Origin: Vicugna vicugna
Taxonomy: Eukaryota
Reading direction: 5' to 3'
DNA: 64,000 nucleotides
Assembly (NCBI GenBank): GCA_013265495.1
Contig: MU059293.1
Span: forward strand, 496,001 to 560,000
In this document: one piece after another, positions 12,866 through 24,155 of the stretch
Position numbering within the stretch: the first letter of the stretch is position 1
Layout: every line of letters starts with the position of its first letter
Notes under the pieces: model-generated
The model's database searches: none
Told to the model about the DNA's origin: nothing
What the model saw: only the letters and a program-made list of their open reading frames with translations
Position numbers and translations under genes: made by a program

Positions 12866-13200
12866 CTGGAATCGACAAGGAAAGGGCCGGATGGTATAAA
12901 ATTTAGGCTTTTCATTGCAGATTATATGTCTTTGTTGCAGCTACTCAATGCTGCATTGCACTGTGAAGGCAGCTGTCGACAATCCATGAACAAATGGACA
13001 TGGCTGTGTCCCAATAAAACTTTAATCATGAACACTGACATTGGAATTTCATATAATTTTCATGTCACAAAATACTGTTTTTCTTCTGTCTTTTTTCCCA
13101 ACTATTTAAAAACGTAAAAATGATCCCTAGCTCATGGGCCATGCAAAAACAGGAGGCAGACCTCATCTGGCCCATCGGCCAAATGGACGTTGGATGATTA
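12866..13200 (+). mobile_element. MER58B (hAT-Charlie)
   Basis: AAGGGCCGGATGGTATAAAATTTAGGCTTT...GGCTGTGTCCCAATAAAACTTT...GAATTTCATATAATTTTCATGTCAC...AAAAACAGGAGGCAG. Confidence 0.85.
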
Positions 13201-13613
13201 CCATTACATAATCTTGGACTTGGGCTTCTTAGACCTGACCAGCCCAAGAGGAACAAGCTCAAGTGTTCTGTCCTCTCTGTGCAGGGCAAGGGGCTTCTCC
13301 GTTCCTCACTTTTCATATTCAGAAGGAGTTGGGTTGATGTCCCACTTGAACATGGAAGAGCCGAGTTGCTCACCTTGCGCCTCCCAAAGCCTCAGAGGTT
13401 AGTCTACATTTCAGACAGCCCAGGTGATGAGTGAGCCTTGTGTTTTTCCATGAGGAACTCTATCCCTGAAGCATCTGTATCCCAGTCATACTTATGCATG
13501 GAAAAGGCTAAGTAAAATCTACTAATATCCCAGCTAGAAAGAAAACTATAAAATTACACATATATGCAAGCTGGTGTGTATTCTACAGTTCAAAGTGTAG
13601 TCAGCAAAAACAG

Positions 13614-14000
13614 NNNNNNNNNNNNNNNNNNNNNNNNNNNNNNNNNNNNNNNNNNNNNNNNNNNNNNNNNNNNNNNNNNNNNNNNNNNNNNNNNNNNNNN
13701 NNNNNNNNNNNNNNNNNNNNNNNNNNNNNNNNNNNNNNNNNNNNNNNNNNNNNNNNNNNNNNNNNNNNNNNNNNNNNNNNNNNNNNNNNNNNNNNNNNNN
13801 NNNNNNNNNNNNNNNNNNNNNNNNNNNNNNNNNNNNNNNNNNNNNNNNNNNNNNNNNNNNNNNNNNNNNNNNNNNNNNNNNNNNNNNNNNNNNNNNNNNN
13901 NNNNNNNNNNNNNNNNNNNNNNNNNNNNNNNNNNNNNNNNNNNNNNNNNNNNNNNNNNNNNNNNNNNNNNNNNNNNNNNNNNNNNNNNNNNNNNNNNNNN
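13614..14000. other. Assembly gap (N run)
   Basis: 387 N. Confidence 1.
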
Positions 14001-14684
14001 ACGGTTTTGACTTTCAGGCCTGCTTGGTGTAGCATAGATGCTAGAAGTCTTGAATGGGCCAAATCCAGAAGTAACTGAGACCCTGAGCTGCATCGGCCCG
14101 CCGCGCAGCCGAGCAAGCAAGGCTGGCAGTCAGAAAACTGCTGGCTAAGCGTCTTTCCTTGGAGGCTCTCCCTTCCCCCAGTCTTAGCATAAGTCAGTGT
14201 TAGGTCCACTGAAATATCGTGTGTGGTCTGCAGTTAGAAACTTCATTTGAAAATTATATCGTGGCAACCATGAGACAGACGGATAAAGTGAAACAAGTTT
14301 TCTTTAGGCTCATGTTAAGTAAATAGAATTACATGAAGATAGCTGGTTTCCCCGACTTGGGGAAAGGGAGGTGATGGCTGCCTCAGGGCGCTAACTCCCT
14401 CCGTCTCCGTTCGCCGGGTCCACTGAGCACGCTGCCTGTAACGCTTACATTTAGCTATGTGGCTTATTACCATTCTCCATTTTAGATAGCGGGATCCTAG
14501 AAGGTAGGAATTGCATCTGTTTGACTTCTTTTTTCAAAAAGTCTAGCAGAACTGCCAGTACAGCTGCAGGAAGGTCTTAAATAGGATGGCACTGAGCAGC
14601 AGGGTGACCGTGCAGCATACTCTCCACCAGCTCTAAAAAAGGAATCCTTCCTTCTGGGCTCCAACCTTACTAACACTGTCTCCA

Positions 14685-15800
14685 TTGCATTCAGTTATTT
14701 TCAGTAAGGCACTGTCCTAAATCCAGAGGTTGGTGACGGGGTGGTAATGGGATAAAGAGACAAGTAAGACATGGACCCTCTCAAAAGGTGAGTGTGTATA
14801 TAAATCACCCTAGTCAGATATGGGGGCAGTGATACTTAAACTGGGCTTTGAGTGAGGAATTAGGTTTTAACTAGCAGGAAGGAGAATCTGCTAGGCCAAG
14901 GGAATGGTGTGAATAAAATTCCAAAAGTGGAAAAGTTCCGAATGTGTTCAAGGAGTGTGGGAGGAAGGCCTTCCTGTGCTTCCTTTCTTCTGTCTTTCCT
15001 TTATTCCGTAATTATTTGGTGAATGCCTGCAGTAAACCAGACATGGCCCCTGTCTGCACAAAGCTTACGGTCTAGAGGAGGAGACAGCCATGAATCAACG
15101 AAGTCCAAAGACAGTGGCAGATTACAGCTGTGATCCGTACCTCCAGGAAGAGGGCTGCCCTGGCCAAGAGAGAGCATTACAGGAGAGTAATTCAACATAC
15201 TTTTCAGGGCTTTGCTGAAGAGATATCCTGCATCTTGAAGAAAGAGTAGGCACTGATTGGAGGAGAGCATGGCTCAAAGATGGGTCAGAGTGCACACAGC
15301 ACGTGCAGGAGACTGTGAGAGTGAAGACATGTGCGGTGTTGGACGTGGCCACTGGAGAGTCAGGGAGCAGAGCAGAGTGGGGTTTTTGCCTTTGTTTTAA
15401 GAGCAAAGGGAAACCATTGATTTGTATCAAGCAATGAGTGGGAGGAGGTGATGAGAAATGCTTTTGGGAAAGATGACTCCGGCTGCAGTGTGCAGGATGA
15501 ATTAGAGGTGTAGAGATGGGGCAGGGTGCCCTGCTGGGAGGCAGATGCAGTTTTCCTGGGGAGAGTGTTGGCACCGGGGTAATGGTGGTGAGATGCAGAC
15601 AAGGGAATGGATTCGAGGGCTAATGATGAGCTTGGCCCTGAGGATGTTGAGTTTGAGGTGCCTGTAAGACACTGAGAAGACAGACCAGGAAGACAAAGGA
15701 GTCTGGAGCTCAGTGAAAAGGTCTGGGCTGGGGAGAAGCCATTGAGAGTCATCTCCCTGTAGATGGTGGCTGACCCATGAGTGTGGATAAATGAATGTGA
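14685..15800 (-). mobile_element. LINE-2 fragments (two pieces) with decayed ORF2 RT remnant
   Basis: GGATGTTGAGTTTGAGGTGCCTG, GGAGTCTGGAGCTCAG; ORF 15502..15696 contains RHLKLNILRAKLII, akin to L2 ORF2 RHLKLNMSKTELLI. Confidence 0.8.
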
Positions 15801-17479
15801 GTGAGTGAATGAATTGGAGGATGAATTATTGAATGAGATTAGGTGAGGAGTGAGCACAGAGTAAGAAGAGGGCCTCTTTTGGGTTGTAAAACACTGTTCC
15901 CCAAGAAGCACCTAGCCTCCTGGGCTAATGTCATCCATGACCCTAATTGACCAGGGTCCTTTCTATGAGACATAGTGCTCACTAGGACCTTGGGATACCA
16001 GGACAGAGTTCCCTCACTGCTGCCTTGGACACGCACCCAGGGACTCTCCCTCCTCTCCTCCCGTCCCAACCACCAGGCACTGACAGACAGGAGTGTCCAC
16101 CTTTTTGTCCCTGAGAGGGGTTTGGGGCTTCAGAGAAGAAACTCCAGGGCTTCTGGGACACCTACCAGCTCAAGCTCCCTGAGGCACTTCTAAGTCTGCA
16201 CATGAATCCGTTCACCCCTTTTTTATCTTTTCTGACGACCCCAAGGATTGGCCTGCCTGTGTCCCTGGCTTTTACTGCCAGCAGGTAGGAATCTGGTGGG
16301 GTCAGGGGACATAATGGAGAAGGGTTTAATGGAGAAGGGGACAGGCAGTGTTTCTCCCCATGTTTAGCCTATGGAGTACAGTCATAAGACCGCCTCATCC
16401 TTCCAGTTCCTGAAGCAAGCACACAAGTCTTTGGGAGTTTCTGGGGCTTTTATTCCTAGCACTGGCAGAAGGCAGGTGAGGAGCAGAGCGGCCCCCTCTG
16501 GCTCCATCCCGAGCCCCTCCCTATTTTGTGTTGTTTTCTTAAACACATATCCCAGTTTCCGGGGTCAGTCCTGGTCTGTGTCAGGTGTCTTGGCATAATT
16601 GCCAGTAGCACCTCCTTTCCTTTTAAAAAGTTTAGAAGATAAAGCACGGCCACCCTAGTTAACCCCATAGAGAAAGATAAAGTGATGTACTGATGGTAAT
16701 GGATTTAGAAAGGACCGAGATCGTCTTTATCTGCATTTTAGTGAACCAGCAGAGTAGCTTTCTGGATATTTTGTCCCAGGAGCTGGACTGAGCCTCAAGT
16801 GTGTAGGTGTGGGGGATGGGGTAGTGGAGGGGAGTATGCATATGAGGTGCTGGAACCCAGGTTACAATGCTGCCACAAAGATGTTATTACTTAACATTTT
16901 TCTGAAAAGTTTCCATGTTGGGGAAATGTTTCAGGAAGACTTTGCCCATGTCCACAGAGCTATGCTTCAGCTAGGAGGTTTCTGGGCGGCTCAGGCCACC
17001 CAACTGGAGTAACCACGTGGGGTCATCCAAGCCCGAGGGTCTCTAAGAGATGTACTCAAATCACGTGTACTCAATATTAGAACCACCAGTGATGTTTGAC
17101 AAACAAACAAACGTGGATCCTTTCTCATCACCACTTCCATGAAACAAACAAACAAAAAATTTAGAATTGTTGACTATAGTGGTAATGTTTTCTTGACAAA
17201 GAGATTACTTGTAAAGCAAGAACATTAGAAAAAGGAGCCACAGTCACCACTATTTTTGGTGCTACATAGGAGATCTGCCTGTTTAAGAACTTTTGCATCT
17301 TCCAATAATGCTTTAAACTAGAAAGATGAAGTTTGTTGCTCCTGGGCACTCAGAAGCCTGGAAGCCTGAGAACCTTAGGCTGTCTGGTAGGGAAGATGAA
17401 TCAGGTTGTTCCTTGGGAAGCTGCAGGCTAGCCTCTGGAGTCACTCATGATTTGAGGAAGAAAAAGAAAACTAAATAGT

Positions 17480-17640
17480 GGATTCGGGACTGAATTTTGA
17501 CTCTGGAGCCTCACATCAAGCTCTGAGGGCCTGAGTGCTTTTGGGTAAGCCACGTGACTCAGTTTCCTTTTCTGTGAAGGGAGAAGATAATCCCAGTATT
17601 AGAGTTAGTATTCAGCATGTAGGAAAAGTTCCAGGGAAGG
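17480..17640 (+). mobile_element. MIR fragment
   Basis: GGGTAAGCCAC...CTCAGTTTCCTTTTCTGTGAAGGG core. Confidence 0.6.
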
Positions 17641-17959
17641 GAGTCGTGAGCTCTCTGACCGTGGAGGGAACTGTATCGTACAGCGAAGAGGACTCTGTCT
17701 CGTCGTCGTCAGATTCGCACCAGGCAGCCGCACAGTGGGCCCTGCTCAGCAACAGCAGAGGCAGTGCTCCTGCTTAGGTGAGACCAGCGCAAATATGTTC
17801 TTACATCACATTTCTTACTTCGCCTATTTTTGGAGACAGAACTTTTTTTTTTTTGGTTTAACTCTTTCATTGCCTGAAGAAAACATCAGTACAAATCTTA
17901 CTGAGTGGTAGTTTAGCATCCATATCCTCCAAGTCAGTTGAGCCTCCATGAATAAAGAA

Positions 17960-18510
17960 CAACACTATTATTCAGAGTGACTACATATAATATTCCATTA
18001 AATAGCTGTGCCATGACCCATTTATGCATTTCCCAAATGTTGGTCATTTAGGTGTTTTCTAGTTTTCTATTATCATAAAAAAAAATTGTACTGAACATCA
18101 TTTTGCATACAGATTTCCAAACTTGTCTAACCATCTCCTTAAGGTATATTCCTGAAGTGATACTGTTGGATCATGTTTCTATTTTTGTTTTGTTTGGGGG
18201 GGTAATTAAATTTATTTATTTATTTTTAATGGAGATACTGGGATTGAACCCAGGACCTCATGCATGCTAACTTTACCACTGATCTGTACCCTCCCCATTT
18301 CTATTTTTACATGAATTGCCAGACTCCCCGTGAGGAAGGTATCATTTTGCATACTTACACTGGGGATTGTATTTTTTTCAGTCTTTGTGAATCTCTTATA
18401 TGAAAATGATATCTTGCTGTTGATTATATTTGCTTTACTTTGATTGCTAGAGAGATTGAGCATCTTTTGCATGTTTATTGCCTGTTTGTATTTTTCCGAT
18501 TGTGACTGGA
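17960..18510 (-). mobile_element. Old L1M fragment interrupted by a SINE
   Basis: TAATATTCCATT...GGTCATTTAGGTGTTTTCTAGTTTT...GAGATTGAGCATCTTTTGCATGTTTATTG. Confidence 0.75.
18187..18297 (-). mobile_element. Camelid tRNA-derived SINE (vic-1 type)
   Basis: Reverse complement GGGGAGGGTACAGATCAGTGGTAAAG..TTAGCATGCATGAGGTCCTGGGTTCAATCCCAGTATCTCCA + (AAAT)n tail; TSD TTTCTATTTTT at 18176-18186 and 18298-18308. Confidence 0.85.
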
Positions 18511-19035
18511 TTGTTTAGTTCAGTCTGGAAACTCTGGGAGGGTCATGGTCTGGTTGGTCCTTGGAATGCAGGATGTGGGCTATAAATTATTCTGCAGTTC
18601 AACTGCATGATATGAAAGCCTATGGTAAAGAAATTTTTAAAAACCATTAGAATGGTATTTTAAGACTATCCTATTTTATGATTAACTGCCCTGGAGTTTA
18701 AGTAGCCTTAACAAAATAAGAAAGTCACAGTGCCAACCGGAGACACCAATCCTAGAGAAGGTGGGACAGGGCTGTGCCCCTCAGCTGCAGTCCGGCAAGC
18801 AGTGGCGGAAACCTCTCCAAACTCACACCACCCGGCAGAGGAGCCCCTGCAACCGCCCTGTGTGCTCCACCTGCTCGCAGATGCCACGGGCCTGCCTCTC
18901 CAAGTTGTATGACGCATCCGAAATGAAAGTTTACTGCCTCCTCCCTCCAACTCACAAAAAACCATGGGGGGAAGGAAGGAAAACAGAACCCACCAAGAGG
19001 AACAGGCAGACCTGTCCGAGGGTGGGGAATTGGCT

Positions 19036-19050
19036 ACTCCAGGGGGCAGC
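19036..19050 (+). promoter_or_regulatory. CTCF-like motif
   Basis: ACTCCAGGGGGCAGC vs consensus CCACCAGGGGGCAGC (2 mismatches at 5' end), in GC-rich unique DNA. Confidence 0.3.
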
Positions 19051-20259
19051 GGGAGAGTGAACTACAAAAGACATAAAGCACACCTCGCTTTAATCCCTTC
19101 CATCCGCCCAGCGCCCCCAGAAAGCTCATAAAGTCTCCCTTTCTGGCTGATTGGATTCCTTTAGCTCTTGGGCAGGCAGGGTGTTTTTGTTGTTTGGGGA
19201 GAGGGCCAGGCGGGGGAGGAGGTAGTGGGGGAAAAGAATGGCCATCCCTGGGGGAGAAGGAAACCCAAGTCCCCTCTCTTGCTTCAAGGTGGTGTGAGTG
19301 GTAAACACAGACAGCTGCTGCCTGCAAACACACGGGGGCTGGGCAGCCAGGCCTGTCCGCTGCCCGGAGCAGGACCCAGCGGTTCCTAGCGGCAGTCACT
19401 TCCCACAGAAGCCACGCACATCTGTGCTGAGTTTTTTTTCACCTTTTGCAGGCTCCTCTTAGCGAACTCAAAGAAATCATTTTGAATGCTGCTGGCAAAA
19501 ATGTTGCTGAAAGTTGTGTGTGGTGGGTGGCGTGTTTTTTCTCTCTCTAAGAAGAGTAGCTGTCCTTCTTTGCCAGTATTTGGAAGCTGGAACTGTCTGT
19601 TCTTTTTGTTTGGAGCAGAGACTTTAGAGACCAATCCTGTCAGAGACTAGAAGGAAGAGAAAGAAAGAAAAAAAATCCTCTGGTTTGCCTTTGGCCTGGG
19701 TACTTTCTGCCTGTTTCTTTTTGACCTTTCTCTGTGTTTGTAGGCTACCGGGAACCCTGGTCAGCCTGGGTCTCGAACAACAAACACTCAAACCATCCAA
19801 AAGGAAAATTCTTTGGCAATTAAAAGAATCTCTGAAATTGTGTCCAGTCTTGCTCATTTTCAAACTCCTGGTGACGGCGGAAGAGAAAATGCCCTTACTC
19901 ATTCTCCATCCCGTGGCCCAGCCTCCCTTCTAGTCCTTCTCTTACTGCTCCTCACGCCTCCCCACAAAACACACTACTAAACTGAGCTGCTTCTGGGGCT
20001 TCTCCACCTTTGCAGGTGCCACTCCCTCTCCTGGAATGCGTTCTCCCCACCCTTTCCTGGTGGAGGCCTCCTGGCGGTACCAGGCCGCCCTAGATGCATG
20101 GAGCCTGCCTTCCACGTCCCTGAAAGCAGGGCCCAGCCGTAGGTGTCTAGCGCGATGCCTGTGGTGCCTGCGGCAGCAGCCTGTTCATATTAGCAGCAGC
20201 AGCGGTGGTGACAGTAATCCTTGCTCTTTACTGGGCACTTCTCACGTGCGTTGTCTCTA

Positions 20260-21260
20260 ATCCCCCCCATAACCCTACATCAGAGGTGGCATCATCTTCA
20301 TTTTATAGCTGAGGAAATTGAGGCTTAGAGAAGTGAAGAAACTCAGCTAGGGTGACGTGGCTAACAAATGCCTGAACCTAAGTTGGAATCCAGATCTTAA
20401 CTGATTTCCACTCTATTTCAAGGCCTCTTATTAGATGCTCAATATGTAGCTATTGAGTGAACACGTGGCCCTGAAATTGTTTTCCCAGCTGGGGGAAATC
20501 TTCCCGGGGATTTTAAGAGCCACAGCTTTCACAGTTGGTCCCTCATACTGGATTCCCTTGACCTTGTCTCCTTCTCCACCCAATATCATCTCATCCCTTG
20601 TTCTTCACGGAAGAATCCTACCCTCTCTTCATGTTTTAGCTCTAGAGGGTAGAGACGGGGCAAAGGGGTACCTCCTGGCCCTTGTCTCCTGTATCTTCTC
20701 TCCTTGAGCTGGTCTTTGTTCTCCTGAAGTCGTTCTCACCACCTCAAGAAACTTAGGCTAAGTTAAATGAAGCTCAGAAACAGTTGAAGATCGGCCATAT
20801 CGTATGGTTCGAACACACACAGTGCCTCTGTCATAGGCCTTAAGAAGATGCTCACGAACTTCCCTCGGGATTGTTGTAAGAATTACATACACATAATACC
20901 TATAAAGGGCCCCTAGTGCCTGGCACATGGCGAGTTCTCAAAAATATATAAATGTTAGCTCTTGTCATTATTTTGATTAATTCTTGACTGAGGTACCAAA
21001 ATTCCTGAAAGTGAGTGAGACAAGGGAAATACAGTAATTAATATCAGTAATTATTAGAGCCATTAATACTTATCACTATGCGTTAAGTGCTTTTTAAATG
21101 ACCTTTCATATATTAACTCATTTAATTCTCATGACAGTCTGCTGGCGTAGGTGCCATCACCGGCTCTTTTTATAGGGAAGGAGGTGGAGACAACAGAGAG
21201 GTGAAGTTGGGGAGCTCAGGGTCAAGTTTCTGGGTCTAGAGTCTACTCTTTCAAAGTCAT
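20260..21260. mobile_element. Three MIR copies (about 20260-20410 minus, 20750-20970 plus, 21030-21260 minus)
   Basis: ATTTTATAGCTGAGGAAATTGAGGCTTAGAGAAGTGAAG; AGTGCCTGGCACATGG...AATGTTAGC; AACTCATTTAATTCTCATGACA. Confidence 0.75.
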
Positions 21261-22184
21261 CACTACTCTGAAAAAGCAGGCCTAAAAGAAACACAGTGAA
21301 AGTGTGATATATTTAATTCCTTCTCATTCCTTTCTCAAATGTGTATTTTCGGGGGAATGAGCGTGAGAGGCCAGGCCGCTGGTGTTTTTACCTGGTCCCC
21401 AGCACCACCGGGAGGAGGGCGGGCAACCCGGAGTCGTCCATACTCCTGATCAACAACTCAAAATGGGCAGAACCTTGTGCACCAAACCCAACCTCTGTTA
21501 TGTCCCAGTTGTCAGCTTGGCACAGAACCCCACATGACCACAGCTGAGGCTGTTTTGGAGGGAAGATTTTATTTATACAAAATTGGTTTTCATATTCACT
21601 CTTTTCCTCTTGAGGCTATAAAACACCGTATTTCCCCGTTTCTAGAAGCCAAAGCAAATTCTATGGATAAGGACAATTTTTGCATCTCTCTTCCAGAAAC
21701 TGGTCCTGTGCAGAGAGTAGAATTAACCCAGGGGTTGAAACAGTAAAAAGCAATGTATACACCTGAATGCTATATATTTGCATAGCAAATACACGCCTAT
21801 ATAAAGGGAACTTCATATATAAACTATACATTTGTGTGTGTGTATATGTGTGTGTTAATTTTTTTTTAATCTTTCTGCTTATCTGTGTTTTCTGAATTTT
21901 CCTCAGTGTAGAGACAGAGCATGTTCAAGGTTGCAGGCTGTGACTCGGGGCGCCCCGGCTGCAGTGTGCTGGGCTCTCCTCACCTGTGCCGGCTCCTGGC
22001 CTCCTGCCTCATTTGGCTCATCCCACTGTGGGTACCATCTCTCTGTGATTCAAGCAATGGGCCAGGGGCCGACGGCCAGGGCTGGTGTCATCCCCTGAAT
22101 GTTAAAGAAGATGCTCTAGCACAGTGTTTCTACCAGCCTTGTAACCCACCGGGGAGAGCTGGAAACAGGCTGGGGCTGCTGGCG

Positions 22185-22204
22185 GTGTGTGTGTGTGTGT
22201 GTGT
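22185..22204 (+). repeat. (GT)10 microsatellite
   Basis: Direct reading. Confidence 0.95.
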
Positions 22205-22379
22205 TGAAGGCAGAGGCTTCAACTTAGTAAGACTCAGAGCCCGCCCCTCACTGTGGTGCTTCTGTGTGCCCACGTGTAAGATGGAAATCACAGAGATTCT
22301 GAAAGAAGAGGTGAAATCGATGCTGTGTTAGCATCTTCGAAAGAGGAGAGAGCGCTGTGCTGTGCGGAGGCAGGCTTCT

Positions 22380-23470
22380 GGCCGCCTGCTTTTATGTGCA
22401 TGCCCTGAGCAGGTAATGCTGTGGGCTTTCCTCTGGGCCCCGGAGTGTGTGGCAGAGTAAATGTCCGTTCCGTGTTTACTTTGGCTTTGCCTCGCCGTCA
22501 CGCTCATCCTGACTCCTCATCCTCCCCTGCCATCATCTTCCCTCGCAGGACGGCACTAAAACAGACTGAGACACTAACAATCAGCGGGCACTTTGTGAGG
22601 AGGGCCAATTAGAGGCCGGATTGACCAGGGCGAGCAGCGGGACATCCAGAAAGACGCTTTGCTTCTGGGGAGTGGGAGCCTAATCCCGTTACTGGCTGGA
22701 TGGAGACTCCTGGGGCCCACGAGCCTCAGTCCTGCTGTGCCTGGAGGGATATCATTGGAGGACGGCCGGGCCAAGGAGGGCTCCTCTTGCCAGCAGCCCC
22801 CCTTCCTCCCCCGGCCCCCTCGCCTCTCTTTTCTTTCTCAGTNNNNNNNNNNNNNNNNNNNNNNNNNNNNNNNNNNNNNNNNNNNNNNNNNNNNNNNNNN
22901 NNNNNNNNNNNNNNNNNNNNNNNNNNNNNNNNNNNNNNNNNNNNNNNNNNNNNNNNNNNNNNNNNNNNNNNNNNNNNNNNNNNNNNNNNNNNNNNNNNNN
23001 NNNNNNTTTTTTCGGAAAATCCTCTCGCACGTAGTTCCAGTGTGAAGTCCTCAAGGCAACTTCAATGGAAGACATAAAGAATCTTCCGTGCGTCTGTGCG
23101 TGAAGGTTTAATTTTATTATTATTGGTGTTTTGAGACCAGGATCGTGTTTTCCCTTCTGCCAGTTACCCTTTTCCCACTCACGCTCCCTAGACCCCAGCG
23201 TTCTTTGGATAGTTTTAGGCAGAAATTGGCAGGTGTCGGGGACAGAGGTGCCCGTGTCTCCGTGCTGGCCTCCGACTGCCCTCGGCTGTGGCCAGGCTGC
23301 CCCGGGGTGAGCGCCCCGGGGATGAAGTGCTCCGGCACACGGCGCATCCTATCCTGGGCCCGCAGAAAGTGCTTAGGTCTGGATAGCTGGGGCTGGAGTT
23401 CACAACAAAGTGAAAGTGAGGTGGGAGGAAAGGGTGCTTTGCCGGCCGCCTCTGAACAGACCACCAGCTT
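22380..23470. promoter_or_regulatory. CpG-rich, GC-rich segment (weak CpG island)
   Basis: Roughly 40 CpGs by hand count in about 900 sequenced bases, far above the flanks; split by a gap. Confidence 0.5.
22843..23006. other. Assembly gap (N run)
   Basis: 164 N. Confidence 1.
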
Positions 23471-23739
23471 TAACGCTAGAGCTTCAGGGGAATATGTGGA
23501 AAGAAAAAGGCCTGTGTGTGAAACATGGAATAAAGAGAAGTCAGGTTCTGTGCCTGAGTTAGCTGTTTAGTGAGGAGAGATGTGCGGTTATGTCTACCCA
23601 CACCCTGACAGCACCACTAGGAAACAAGGGACAGTCCTATTTGTCTTATGCCTTCCGGTGTTTTAGGTCTTCAGACTGCTGAGGGTAGCTTGTCCTTAGA
23701 TCTTGCACATGTACGCAGTATTATTTGGTGAATTGTGCT

Positions 23740-23870
23740 ACGTCATATAATCTAGATATTTCATCTGGAGAAACTGAGGTTAGGCAGATTAAAGTCTTTT
23801 CCCAAACCACATGATGAATTCATTTCAAAGCCTAAGATTAAAACCCAGGTCTTTTAGTTTCCAGATCATT
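23740..23870 (-). mobile_element. MIR fragment
   Basis: TCATCTGGAGAAACTGAGGTTAGG...AAACCCAGGTCTT. Confidence 0.65.
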
Positions 23871-24016
23871 AACTAATCAGTGTGATCTACAAATTCTTTG
23901 TCCTTGTTCAAAAAAAGAAAAAAGGCAATCAAGACATTCTCTCATCTGAGCTGTGTGTGTTATCAGAAACTGTTTGACTGTCTAAATTATATTTTAAGAT
24001 TATCTTTTCTTCCTTT

Positions 24017-24155
24017 TTTTTTTTAATTGAAGTAGTCAGCTTACAATGTTGTGTCAATTTCTGGTGTACAGCATAATGTTTGTCGTACATCCACATACAT
24101 ATATTCATTTTCATATTCTTTTTCATTATAGGTTACTACAAGATATTGAATATAG
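24017..24155 (-). mobile_element. 5'-truncated cetartiodactyl L1 3' end with TSD
   Basis: poly(T)-AATTGAAGTAGTCAGCTTACAATGTTGTG...GGTTACTACAAGATATTGAATATAG; TSD TTCTTCCTTT at 24007-24016 and 24156-24165. Confidence 0.85.

Noticed and set aside
13564-14209. Long ORFs spanning N runs (also at 22.7-23.1, 25.1-25.8 and 49.5-49.9 kb)
   Set aside because: Length is an artefact of X codons across gaps
15360-15911. 183-aa minus-strand ORF (and overlapping 150-aa and 64-aa ORFs)
   Set aside because: Lies in a decayed LINE-2; recognisable fragments are L2 ORF2 remnants, not a host gene
16371-16475. ATG-initiated 35-codon segment (MEYSHKTASSFQFLKQ...) ending at CAG|GTGAGG
   Set aside because: No recognisable homology, weak Kozak, no promoter features; expected by chance
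21395-21420. CAGCACC half-site resembling REST/RE1
   Set aside because: Right half GGACAG is missing
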